Positions 30,895-40,849 of a stretch of 64,000 nucleotides of DNA are shown here, one piece after another. Numbering within the stretch: position 1 is the stretch's first letter; each line of letters starts with the position of its first letter. The translations under genes were made by a program, and so were the position numbers. The notes beneath the pieces are model-generated. The model saw only the letters and a list, made by a program, of their open reading frames with translations, had not been told where the DNA came from and searched no databases. The stretch is from a plasmid, in the sequence record NZ_CP047975.1. The stretch is one strand, 5' to 3'.

Positions 30895-33146
30895 CGGGCG
30901 CCATCGCTGACGCACTACATCAACTTCAGCGGCATCGGGGCCTGATTCGCGTTGGCGAGCCCAAGGCAAGCGGTGCATCGACGCAAATAGAAGTCGATGT
31001 TGCCGTCCAACTGCCAAACAGGTCACGGCGTAACGGCGTCTCCGAAACCGGAGTGCGCGCTGTCGAGACATGCGTGCTGGTATTCGGCAGTGATTGGCCC
31101 CTGTCCGCGCCCAAGCCTTTCTTGCGTGCGGACTTTCCGCTCAATTTGCCGCACATCAACCCCCATCGCGAAGGTGAGCTGGTCTCGCCTTGCCTGTTCG
31201 AGGGGTCCTTGGACGAACTGCTGCATCGGTTTGGTCTAGACGCCATTGTCGATCAGTTGGTCGATTGGCTGCACAAGGCTGCGGCCGGAACATTGCTGGA
31301 CTTGGAACAGGGGTGGGAGCCGACGCGCCGAGACAGTTGTCCTTCGACCATTGTATTCAGTGCCGAAAAGGTTGCGGCCTCCGCACCTGCTGACGGCACG
31401 ATTCTGGTAGTTCCCGCAGGCTACGTGACGATTGATGGCGGGCTATACGCCATCCTCAATGCCGAACTGACCGCACAAATCGATGCAGTGTTCGTCCATG
31501 ATGTTCACAACGACAAATTGGGCAAGTGGGGAAATGGCCATACTGCGGCCTTCATTGCGCGGGCTCCAATGACCGACGGCCACCCGCACATGGTCGGACG
31601 CTACCAACCGGAGACGGTTGTCGATCTCGCGACGCTGCTTGATCTAGCAGCGGAACTTGGCATTGATCGCGACGCGTTGGCCCAAGGCTTGGATGGTTAT
31701 TACGGACGCTCGATCCTGGATATGCAGCAGGACTCGCGCGGCTGGGTGCATGGCTTGTACGCGATTGTAATTCTGACGGTACAACGGCCAGCGTCGCTTG
31801 TGGGTTCACCAGGGAGAAGTGTCGAGGTATTGCCCTACGCGGTGCGCTATGAACTCAACGCTAAAGCGCTCCTGGAGCGAAACGCCACGGTTCACCCAGC
31901 CTTTCACGCGCATGCGTTGTCTCCTGAGTTGCTAGCAAGGACATCCGGCATTCCACCAGCAGCCACATCGCAGCCGCTAGTCATACTCGGCTGCGGAAGT
32001 GTGGGATCGAAAATCGCGATGCAACTGGGGCGAGCAGGTTTCGGCTCAATGACTTTCGTCGACAACGAGTCCATGTCACCTCATAACGCGGCACGGCATG
32101 CACTCATTGAGCGGACATCGGTACTGGTCCCACCTCGGAAGTCGGCGCGGATGAAGACGGCCTTTGAGGAGCTGTCGCATCTTCAATCGCGCGCGTTCGA
32201 CACCGACGCCGTGACCCTTCTGGTCGATCCGGCACAGTTCGCCACAGTCATTCCGCAGGATGCGGCTCTCATCGTGGATGCGACGGCCTCACTTCAGGTG
32301 CTGGCCGCAGAAACACAATCAGCAGTACTGAACCAGTCTCCTGCCCGCCTGGTACGGATCGCGATGTATGGTCAGGGCCGCTGTGTCGCGGTTTTGCTTG
32401 AAGGACCTAGTCGCGCCGGTCGGGTTGACGACCTCACGGCATTCTTGTTCGAGTGCTGTCGGTTTGTGCCGGAACTGCGGGCATCGATTGCTGGGGATAC
32501 GTCGGAGCCGACGCGCATTTTTGTGGGCGACAACTGCCGTTCACTGACGATGCCAATGTCTGATGCCGTTGTTTCGCGTTCTTCGTCACTGGCCGGTCTG
32601 CAACTGGAACGCTGGCTCGTTGGCGGGCTTCCGAAGGAGGCGATGCTTTGCACCGGGATCTCGGATGCCGAAGGCCTCGGCATGGCATGGACCCGCGCCA
32701 GTCTTGGCCCGACCACTGTGCTCGACGTAGCTGATGATGGTGGCTGGAACATTCGGATTCTGCACCCAGTCGTGCAAGCGATCCATGCCGATGCGCTGCA
32801 CTGGGGCGCTCTGGAAACAGGCGGAGCCTTGGTCGGCCGCATCTCGTTTGAAAATCGAACCATCACCATTGCGGGCATCGTGGACGCGCCGCCTGACAGC
32901 ATTCGAGAGGCCGCCTGCTTCGTCCTCGGAACGGATGGACTTGTTCAGAATTTGCGTGCGGCAAATGGAGCCTCTTTAGGGTATCTCACCTTCATCGGAA
33001 CTTGGCACAGCCACCCGAAAGGCGGCCCACACTCGGGCATAGACCGAAACACATTGCGCAACATCGCCGAGGATGCTGGTGGTCTTCCCGCCGTGTCGTT
33101 GGTATGGACTCCGACAGGACCCACATGTGCGGTGGATCGCTGGTAG
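30891..33146 (+). CDS. E2-like + E1-like (ThiF/MoeB Rossmann) + JAB/JAMM deubiquitinase-like triple-fusion protein (751 aa from the ATG at 30891). Ubiquitin-like conjugation machinery of Bil/Bub/Cap2-Cap3 type
   Basis: E2-like HINPHREGELVSPCLFEG, an HPN-like motif plus a catalytic Cys. E1 glycine loop LVILGCGSVGSKIAMQLGRAGFGSMTFVDNESMSPHNAARH. JAMM ETGGALVGRI … GTWHSHPKGGPHSGID. Confidence 0.8.
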   Translation: MTGAIADALHQLQRHRGLIRVGEPKASGASTQIEVDVAVQLPNRSRRNGVSETGVRAVETCVLVFGSDWPLSAPKPFLRADFPLNLPHINPHREGELVSPCLFEGSLDELLHRFGLDAIVDQLVDWLHKAAAGTLLDLEQGWEPTRRDSCPSTIVFSAEKVAASAPADGTILVVPAGYVTIDGGLYAILNAELTAQIDAVFVHDVHNDKLGKWGNGHTAAFIARAPMTDGHPHMVGRYQPETVVDLATLLDLAAELGIDRDALAQGLDGYYGRSILDMQQDSRGWVHGLYAIVILTVQRPASLVGSPGRSVEVLPYAVRYELNAKALLERNATVHPAFHAHALSPELLARTSGIPPAATSQPLVILGCGSVGSKIAMQLGRAGFGSMTFVDNESMSPHNAARHALIERTSVLVPPRKSARMKTAFEELSHLQSRAFDTDAVTLLVDPAQFATVIPQDAALIVDATASLQVLAAETQSAVLNQSPARLVRIAMYGQGRCVAVLLEGPSRAGRVDDLTAFLFECCRFVPELRASIAGDTSEPTRIFVGDNCRSLTMPMSDAVVSRSSSLAGLQLERWLVGGLPKEAMLCTGISDAEGLGMAWTRASLGPTTVLDVADDGGWNIRILHPVVQAIHADALHWGALETGGALVGRISFENRTITIAGIVDAPPDSIREAACFVLGTDGLVQNLRAANGASLGYLTFIGTWHSHPKGGPHSGIDRNTLRNIAEDAGGLPAVSLVWTPTGPTCAVDRW

Positions 33147-33191
33147 GGGTAAAGCCACCAGCACTTTATTGGCATAAAACAAGAGGGATGT

Positions 33192-34262
33192 ATGGCTGAC
33201 TACTTCGAGATCGATTTTCTTGGCGTCGAAACAGCAAAAAGCGGAGATGCGATCACGCTTCGCTATTCTGTGAATGGCACTGAGGGCGTGCACGTCGTTG
33301 ACGGAGGATATCTGGATACGGGAGATCAGATTGTCGAGCACCTGAAGACCTACTACGGAACAACAGTCATCGACCATGTGATTCTCACGCACCCTGATCG
33401 CGATCACGCAAATGGTTTGCGAAAAGTTCTAGAGCAGTGCACGGTCAGAAATCTTTGGATCAACAGGCCGTGGATCTATGCAGATCAGTTGATTGATCGA
33501 TTCGAGACCTATGAATCGGTTGAGGCGCTGAGACGGAAGTTGCGCTCCATCTACGATGCCACGGCAATTCTTGAGGATCTGGCGGTAGAAAAGGGAATTC
33601 CAATCCATGCCCCCCTTCAGGGGCAGAGCATCGGCCCCTTCACTGTGATGGCACCAACCCTGGGGCGCTATTTCGACCTGATTGTGGACTCCACGAAGAC
33701 ACCGGAGGCTGTTGAAGAAAGTGCTTTGGACAGCGCGTTGAGCGGCATATTCCGGGCAATGAAGGCCGCGACCGCCTACATCAAATCCCTGTGGGGCGAG
33801 GAGTATTTTCCGCCTGAGCCTACCAGTCGTGAAAATGAAATGAGTGTGGTCCAGTCGGCTGTCCTGAACGGTCATCGTGTCATGCTTACTGGCGATGCCG
33901 GGCGTGAGGCGCTGCAAGAGGTTATTGACTACGCGCCATTTGCCGGACTCGCGTTGCCAGGCATTCGGTATTTTCAGGTGCCCCACCATGGCGGGCGGCA
34001 CAATGTCTCGACTGAAATTCTGGACCAACTGGTTGGTTCACGGTTGGACAGTATGCCGATCCAGCATACCTGGAATGCCATTTGCAGTTCTGCCAAAGCC
34101 GATGAGGATCACCCGCGGAAGTCCGTAATTCGCGCTGTATTACACCGGGGTGGGCACTGGGCGGCAACCGAAAGCAAGAATCTCCGCATCGGGGCGGGCA
34201 TTACCCGCGATGGTTGGGTATCAATTCCTCAAGCGGAGTACCCCGAAGAACAAGAGAGTTGA
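33192..34262 (+). CDS. Second metallo-beta-lactamase-fold protein (356 aa), a paralog of 29701-30894 with the same H-P-D-x-D-H variant
   Basis: VHVVDGG…ILTHPDRDHANGL…VPHHGGRHN. Confidence 0.7.
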   Translation: MADYFEIDFLGVETAKSGDAITLRYSVNGTEGVHVVDGGYLDTGDQIVEHLKTYYGTTVIDHVILTHPDRDHANGLRKVLEQCTVRNLWINRPWIYADQLIDRFETYESVEALRRKLRSIYDATAILEDLAVEKGIPIHAPLQGQSIGPFTVMAPTLGRYFDLIVDSTKTPEAVEESALDSALSGIFRAMKAATAYIKSLWGEEYFPPEPTSRENEMSVVQSAVLNGHRVMLTGDAGREALQEVIDYAPFAGLALPGIRYFQVPHHGGRHNVSTEILDQLVGSRLDSMPIQHTWNAICSSAKADEDHPRKSVIRAVLHRGGHWAATESKNLRIGAGITRDGWVSIPQAEYPEEQES

Positions 34263-34266
34263 GTCT

Positions 34267-34614
34267 ATGAATGCGATGTCGCTCTCTGAGTTACCAACTT
34301 CAGTGCTCGAACTCCACACATGGCCGTGGTGGCGAAGATATTGGAATCGACCGCCGGAACTGGTTCGGAAGCGGTGTGAAGCTTGGTGTGAACTATTGGA
34401 GCTTAGGGAGGCGGCAGGAAAAGGCGTGCGCCTCAACACCCCAAAATCGAAGATTTTTGATGACTCACGCCGTCGATGGAGCATCCTGGATAAACTCGAC
34501 CGTGGCAACTTTACTTTGCGGAGTCGCTTTCCGGTCTCAGCCTGGGGCGCTAAGGAGGATTTTCCAAAGTCCACATGGATCGCTAGTGCAAGTGACGATG
34601 GCGCCTCACTTTGA
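34267..34614 (+). CDS. Small hypothetical ORF (115 aa) starting 5 bp after the second MBL gene. Coding status uncertain
   Basis: In-operon position. MNAMSLSELPTS…, no motif. Does not end in Gly. Confidence 0.3.
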   Translation: MNAMSLSELPTSVLELHTWPWWRRYWNRPPELVRKRCEAWCELLELREAAGKGVRLNTPKSKIFDDSRRRWSILDKLDRGNFTLRSRFPVSAWGAKEDFPKSTWIASASDDGASL

Positions 34615-35484
34615 ATGCGACGCAAGCGATATAGAGGGCATCTCCTCAAGTAAGTCAGCAGGCATGCCGCACGAAAATGTGGATGTCTTTGGTGCCTACT
34701 ATATTGATGAGCAGAATCGATATGCCAGAAAAGGAAAGCCCTCGCTCTGACTGGATGATGCGAGCTTAAAAGAGCTTTGTTCACATGGCGAAATCCGGCT
34801 AATGCACGGACGTGGCTCCGACACGTTTAGCGTGCGAGCTTGGGATGGCCGTTTTTCCTTGATAACAGTGGCGGATCTCACCATCTTGCGGGCGCCGTGC
34901 ATGTCGCCACGCGCATTGGCGCGAGCATTCACCACGCCTCGAAACTCTATCTCTACCAGCTCAACCATTTGACTGTGCAATGGCTGCTCGATGGATTTCA
35001 TCTGGTATTGCTCCCCAGGTATTTGGATGGACAGATGCTATGGACTGTGAAGAGCTTGGTAGGTTCTGGTTCGAACATGGAGTTCCCACCTGTACTGGGC
35101 GAAGGTTCGCTTTTGGCGTTCCCTCGGGGTTCGCAAATCGCCGAGTGCGTGATGGCAGAACTATTGAGTCAGGGGCACCACGATTTAGGCAATGATTTAA
35201 GGGAGGCACTGGCTGCGTAACAGCAGTTCTTGACTGAATCGACGACTCCATGGACAAAGCAATTTTCATCTCCAATCTGCTGACAAGGATGTCTATGAAT
35301 CACAGATAGTTGGATTTCATGGCACAGTATCTATTCTTAGTAGTAATATTAAAAAATTAACCTTTAGGTTGAATATTTAATCCAATATGTTGAATAAAAG
35401 ATAAAGTTAATATAAGATTGGTTAATACTGTAAAAAGTATTTACTCTTTCAATAATGAATGAGTAACGCAATAGGGTTACGAAA

Positions 35485-35835
35485 ATGTCTAAACTAACAG
35501 ATTTTGGAAAAGCGATTAGGAAACTTAGGATTGATTATGATACCAATCTTAATGAACTAGCGACTTCAATTGGCGTTAGTTCAGCTTTCTTATCAGCTGT
35601 GGAAACAGGAAAAAAGCCAATAAGTGCTGAATTAATTACAAAAATTACAAACGCATTAGGTTTAAGTAAAGCAGAGGAAAATTTGCTTACACATGCTGCT
35701 AGTCAAAGTGTTGATAATGTTACTGTTCGAACAAATAGCCCAGAAGAAGCAGAAATTGCTTTGATGTTTGCTAGACGAATTCAAGACGATACTTTGAATA
35801 TGGCGCAACTTAGAAAAATTCTTGAGGAGAATTGA
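35485..35835 (+). CDS. XRE-family HTH transcriptional regulator
   Basis: 116 aa. LNELATSIGVSSAFLSAVETGKK is HTH. Confidence 0.8.
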   Translation: MSKLTDFGKAIRKLRIDYDTNLNELATSIGVSSAFLSAVETGKKPISAELITKITNALGLSKAEENLLTHAASQSVDNVTVRTNSPEEAEIALMFARRIQDDTLNMAQLRKILEEN

Positions 35836-35838
35836 TAT

Positions 35839-36372
35839 ATGACATCTGGATGTATGCCTAGAGGTGTTAAAGTCGCGCCTTTAAGTAAACAAAGCATAAA
35901 ACAAAAAGCACTCATTATTCGTGACAAGATTTTTAAACTGTCACTAAATCAGTCAATAGATTTAAGTCGAGGCTTAGAACATCGATTGCATGAATTAGGT
36001 GTCATTTTAGAAGTCTGGGAAATTGAGGATATGCCTGATGTTGAGGCTTTAACTAATCCAGATGCTATGACTATTATTCTTCGTGCAGATACTTATGATG
36101 CTTTATGCGATGTATCTGATCCAAAACATTGCCGTGCGCGATTTACTGTAGCACATGAAATAGGGCACTTAATTCTTCATGAGGGTTTTGCCTTAGCACG
36201 TGGTGCAGTCAGGCATAAACATTATGAAGATTCTGAATGGCAAGCTGATACGTTTGCGGCAGAGTTACTGATGCCAACACAAGCATGTATTAATTTGTCT
36301 ATTGAAGACATTCAAGAAAAATTCAAAGTTGGTTATAAAGCGGCTAGAAATAAATTTAGTTCTTTAAAATGA
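35839..36372 (+). CDS. ImmA/IrrE-family zinc metallopeptidase (HEXXH)
   Basis: 177 aa. FTVAHEIGHLILHEG motif. Lies 4 bp after the XRE gene. Confidence 0.8.
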   Translation: MTSGCMPRGVKVAPLSKQSIKQKALIIRDKIFKLSLNQSIDLSRGLEHRLHELGVILEVWEIEDMPDVEALTNPDAMTIILRADTYDALCDVSDPKHCRARFTVAHEIGHLILHEGFALARGAVRHKHYEDSEWQADTFAAELLMPTQACINLSIEDIQEKFKVGYKAARNKFSSLK

Positions 36373-36376
36373 AAAA

Positions 36377-36412
36377 ACTGATATGAAAGCTATCTTTCAT
36401 ATCAGTTTCGGA
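36377..36412 (+). terminator. Rho-independent terminator: a 12-bp perfect stem (ctgatatgaaag / ctttcatatcag) followed by tttcgg
   Basis: Direct reading, immediately after the ImmA stop. Confidence 0.6.
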
Positions 36413-36680
36413 TAGTACACCCAAGGGCTATTCGGCTTACTCAGATGACTACTATAAAGCGTGAGAACTTCATTGTAGATCATTTAAGTCAGCTTTTCAA
36501 ATCTCCTTGGGAGAGGAGGTGAGCTATGTGCTTAAGAAATTAGGTACTCAAGAACCGCCGAAAGGCATGAAATGGATCTTTTGTAGATTCCGTAAAGTAC
36601 GAGGCAATTCTGGCAAGGTGTTAGATGCGCATGAGTATGGTTATGAGGCATGGGCTTTTTTAGTTCCATGTGCAACTTAA

Positions 36681-37773
36681 GTGATCTGGTGCACAGGCAT
36701 TCGTGCTTGTGTGCTTTCTAAAATTAACAATGGAGTATTAAATATGTCTAATTACTTAATCAATCACAAAAATTGCCCTGAATGTGGTGGGCGTATCAAA
36801 GGTTATTATTATTACTGTGGCCGTTGTGGGAATCAGGATGTCGTAAATTGGAAATTTACAGGCATATTCCTGATGATTGCAGGTGCTATTTTCTTTCTTG
36901 TTATGTATTTCTCAACAAAAAAAATCTGTGAAAATACCTTTTTCTCGCAAGCTATATTCTGCAATTTTTTTTAAATAATTTATAGGTTGAGTATTAACAT
37001 GTTTGAAGGATTCATACCTAATTATTCATGTTTATTGCATGCTAGAGATCTTGAAGGAAATATAATCGAAATCCATTTTTTTTCGAAATATACGCCAGAG
37101 CAAGCAATTGAAAAAAGCAAAGATTATTGGACTTATGATCTTATAAGGTTTATAGATTTTCCGACTCCTCAAAGATTTGAGTGGGGGAAAAAGACTATAG
37201 TCCATCCATTGGATAAAAAAGAATATACTGTTATATATAAGTAGGTTAGGAATGAAAGTTAAAGATTTAATTGAAAAATTAGAAAAGTTTGATCCTGAAT
37301 TAGAGGTTTTAATTGCCAATGAGGATGATGAGATCATTGGCCTAAACAACATGGTACGATTCTTTGATGTCAGTCATGTTTCTTCTGTTCATGCGGAAAC
37401 ACGAAGAAATGATGTAGAAAGGAATGTTGAATTTACATTCGTAGGAATGCCAACTAAACATTCTAGAGAGTTTATTTTCATTGATGTCGTTTCACAATTT
37501 TAGAATTTTTTTTTGAAATTACTTATAGAAGATTGTATGAACAATAATTGTGAAAAATGTACTGTTTTATCTATAGATAGTATGCCGTTAGGCTGGAATA
37601 CAATAGTAAAAGAAGATTGGGTTGACGATCTAAGTGGCGGTACGGAATGGAAGCAATTTGAGTGTATCCATTGCAAATCTATTCATAATATTAAGTATCG
37701 TGATGTGGGTGCTAGTCGCTCACGTTGGTTTTTCAAAAATGAATTGCCAAAATACTTAGGATTTAATGATTAA
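36681..37773 (+). CDS. Four consecutive small hypothetical ORFs (97, 85, 83 and 86 aa). The first and last carry CxxC…CxxC zinc-ribbon-like motifs, and the first also has a transmembrane helix
   Basis: ORFs at 36681-36974, 36987-37244, 37252-37503 and 37513-37773. Same strand and tightly spaced. CPECGG…CGRCG and CEKC…CIHCKS. Confidence 0.4.
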
Positions 37774-38248
37774 ATTCATGCAAAAATCTGAAAGAAAAAA
37801 GCGCCGTTGGGTGCTTTTTTTAATTGTTCAAACCCTTCCTATGATCCTAGACACCTAATTTCAGGGCGATTGCAGCTACAGACTTGTGTGAGGTTGAAAG
37901 TGCATAATCAATTGCTTGCTTTTTAAATTCTGGACTAAAGCCTTTAGCCATTTTTACATCTATAAAGTTAACGTTACGTTATCTTTAGAAGTAAGCATTG
38001 TCCATATGGGCTGGGCTAGGATCAGTATAAGACTTATTTAACATTGATCACAGATAAGTAAGTTGTTGGGAAATTAAATTAGAGGTGGTACTCATGATGG
38101 TTACTAAAACTAAAATATTTTCAATAATAAACATATAAAACAATATATTACAAATATATATGATGCGTAACATACGCATCATATATATTTTCTTCTATTT
38201 TGATATAATGGATCTCGTCAATCCGCTGATAGGTTTCATTTAAATTTC

Positions 38249-39448
38249 ATGAGTCTTACTGAAATTAAAGTTCGCCAAGCTCATTGCAAGGAAAAAACTT
38301 GTTTTTTATCCGATGAAGATGGACTTAGCCTGAAGATTGAGCCGACTGGAAGAAAATCTTGGTGCTATCGCTATACAGATCCACAAACAAAAAAACGTCG
38401 CCGCATTCAGTTGGGGCTTTATCCTGATTTATCGCTGAAAAAGGCACGACAAGTCAAAGATGACTTTAAAGACAATAATTATTGTTTTGAGCATGATACT
38501 GTCTCTAATGTCATCACCTTTCGTAAGGTAGGGGAGGAGTGGCTGCAGTTCAAACTGAAAAATGCATTTAATGATTCACCCCGCTGCGGTGTACTACAGT
38601 TAGCAGAAAGATGTTTACAGCAAGATATTTATCCAGACCTTCAGGATTTACCTTTTCAAAACATCAAGCGTTATGACCTGGTTTCAGTAATCAAAAAAAT
38701 AGAGGGACGCCAAGTAAAAGAACCTGTCAAGAAAGCTTGTAGTTATTTGAACCAAATTTATGACTACGCTGTAGCGATGGGTTATTGTGAATTCAACATC
38801 GCGCATGGTTTAAATAAAATCGCCATTAACAGTAAAATCAAGAAGAATTATCCGTATTTGAAAGCGGAGGATATATCAGATTTTAAGAAAAATTTATTAA
38901 AATTGGATGCCCATCCGATTATTAAAAAAGCACTGCTGTTCAAATTACATACTGGCGTGCGAGGGGCTGAATTGTTATTGGCTGAGCCTCATCATTTTGA
39001 TTTAAATGAAAAAATCTGGAAAATACCTGCCTTGCATATTAAACAGTTTCGACGAAAAGTCATATTAGGCCATGAGATTCCCGACTTCTTAGTTCCACTT
39101 TCAGATCAGGCTTTAGATATTTTAAAAGACGTCATGCAATGGTCATACGGTGAAAAGTACATTTTTGCTAGCCCACGGAAACATAATCAACCGATTCATT
39201 TTAATACATTAAATATGGCTATACGTAAGATGGGCTATGGAAAACATCAATTATCCTCTCATGGACTACGTTCCACTTTTAGTACCATTTTGAATGACTC
39301 AGGTTTGTTCCAGGATAACTGGATTGAGGCACAACTTTCACATATTGATAAGAACCGTACCCGTGCCAGCTATAATCACGCTGACTATTTAGCCCAGCGG
39401 ACTGAAATGATGCAGTGGTGGGGTGATTATTTAAGTACTGCTAAGTGA
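38249..39448 (+). CDS. int: Tyrosine-type site-specific integrase (P4-like; Arm-type N-terminal domain)
   Basis: 399 aa. N-terminal GRKSWCYRYTDPQTKKRRRIQLG. C-terminal HGLRSTFSTILNDSG…RASYNHADY, giving the R, the H-x-x-R and the catalytic Y. Confidence 0.85.
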   Translation: MSLTEIKVRQAHCKEKTCFLSDEDGLSLKIEPTGRKSWCYRYTDPQTKKRRRIQLGLYPDLSLKKARQVKDDFKDNNYCFEHDTVSNVITFRKVGEEWLQFKLKNAFNDSPRCGVLQLAERCLQQDIYPDLQDLPFQNIKRYDLVSVIKKIEGRQVKEPVKKACSYLNQIYDYAVAMGYCEFNIAHGLNKIAINSKIKKNYPYLKAEDISDFKKNLLKLDAHPIIKKALLFKLHTGVRGAELLLAEPHHFDLNEKIWKIPALHIKQFRRKVILGHEIPDFLVPLSDQALDILKDVMQWSYGEKYIFASPRKHNQPIHFNTLNMAIRKMGYGKHQLSSHGLRSTFSTILNDSGLFQDNWIEAQLSHIDKNRTRASYNHADYLAQRTEMMQWWGDYLSTAK

Positions 39449-39481
39449 AAATCGTACTTTTATACATAGACTTAAAACATT

Positions 39482-39703
39482 ATGGGGTTTCAAATGGATA
39501 GTAAACAATATACTTGCCGTGTTACATGGTCAGCAGAATATAATGAGTATGTTGGGTTGTGTGCTGAGTTTCCATCATTGTCTTGGCTTGATGCGGATCA
39601 GTCTAAAGCATTCTCAGGAATAGAGGAGCTCGTTGCTGATGTTGTCGCTGATATGATTAGCAATAATGAAAAAGTTCCTACACCACTCTCCGGGAAAATA
39701 TAG
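39482..39703 (+). CDS. HicB-like/UPF0150-like small protein (possible orphan antitoxin)
   Basis: 73 aa. YTCRVTWSAEYNEYVGLCAEFPSLSWLDADQ pattern. Confidence 0.4.
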   Translation: MGFQMDSKQYTCRVTWSAEYNEYVGLCAEFPSLSWLDADQSKAFSGIEELVADVVADMISNNEKVPTPLSGKI

Positions 39704-40401
39704 TAGGCAGTTTGTTGTCCTTGTTCTCAGTGGTTCAACAAAAACTAGCCCTCGAAGCCGCAGAACGTGGCGTGGACATAAATTGTTTAGTATCAGTAAA
39801 AAGAGCGATGTAATTTTAGTACGAGTGAGTGATAGAGCAGGAACCTATGCTTCATATATTCAGTAAATGGTATGTTTTTGAATTAATAGGTATTTTTAAA
39901 TAAAGCTTTCTTTGATTTAGTGCTTTTTATTTAATAAATTAATTTTAAAAACAACTTAGGCTAATTGATAAACACTATCTGGAAAGATTAAAAGAAAATA
40001 TTTTTTAATTTCTGCTAATTCATTTAAGGCAGGTTCCCTTTCAAGCAGTTGAAATGTCCAAATAAGTACAGCCTGATGATTATCATAGCAAGTATTTACT
40101 CCAAGAAAATTAGCCATTCCATAACTTCTATTGATGTTCATTTCTTTAATTAATTGATTTCCTAAGTCACGAGCTTGCTGGCTGATCAATAACTCATTTG
40201 GTAACACGGCGGTCATCTCCACAAAATAATCTAATGCAGGTTCAATCCTTATATTTAAAAAGTTATAATTTAGTTGAAATGGATAAAATATACTTTCTAT
40301 AAGTTGTAATAACCTGCTGTAGGTTAATTTTAGCAAAGTATTACTCAGTCAACAACTTCAAATAACCCACAGCAAGTTATTTTTTGTAAATTAATTTAAA
40401 T

Positions 40402-40623
40402 ATGATTACTTGTAAGTTATCTAGCCTCATGGGCGATAGAAAAATTTTAAAATTAAGTGAAGTGGTGCATGCAACAGGTATCAATCGCAACACGCTCACA
40501 AGTATGTATTATGACCGTGCTGTACGTATTGAATTACCAGTCGCCGATAAGTTGTGTAAGTACTTTAACTGTACGATGAATGATTTGTTTGAGTTTAAGG
40601 AAGAAGTTGAAGAAAAAGATTAA
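40402..40623 (+). CDS. Small XRE/Cro-like HTH protein
   Basis: 73 aa. LSEVVHATGINRNTLTSMYYDRAVRIELPVADKLCKYFNCTMNDLFEF. Confidence 0.5.
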   Translation: MITCKLSSLMGDRKILKLSEVVHATGINRNTLTSMYYDRAVRIELPVADKLCKYFNCTMNDLFEFKEEVEEKD

Positions 40624-40849
40624 CTTAATACTTCGTTTGATAAGTTTTTCGAAGAAAAAGACTAGCCAATACTTAGTTTGATAAGTTTTCCCTACAGGTC
40701 TAATACTGAATTTTATAAAGCTTCATCGAAAACATATATTTACTTTATTATTTATATAAAGGAATCAATCGAATGATAGAGGTATTTTTCTTATACCTTA
40801 ATTAATCTGAATCGCGGATAAGAAATTAACAGAGATGGATCCGGAAATT

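Noticed and set aside
33192-33320. The VHVVDGG and VLGG strings in the MBL2 N-terminus and the 26701 ORF as possible ubiquitin-like C-terminal Gly-Gly processing sites
   Set aside because: In MBL2 the DGG lies in the normal first beta-strand/metal-loop region of the MBL fold. There is no evidence of a beta-grasp domain.
26432-35275. Dozens of overlapping 60-200-aa ORFs on both strands of the GC-rich island (for example 26482-26784, 26821-27447, 29698-30129, 32372-32902, 34221-34784)
   Set aside because: They overlap longer coherent genes with recognisable domains (WYL, MBL, E1/E2/JAB), or have low-complexity Arg/Ala/Pro-rich translations characteristic of wrong-frame high-GC DNA.
36681-37773. 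Whether the four small zinc-ribbon ORFs form a known anti-defence or toxin family
   Set aside because: No recognisable family motif beyond CxxC pairs. Kept only as low-confidence CDS calls.
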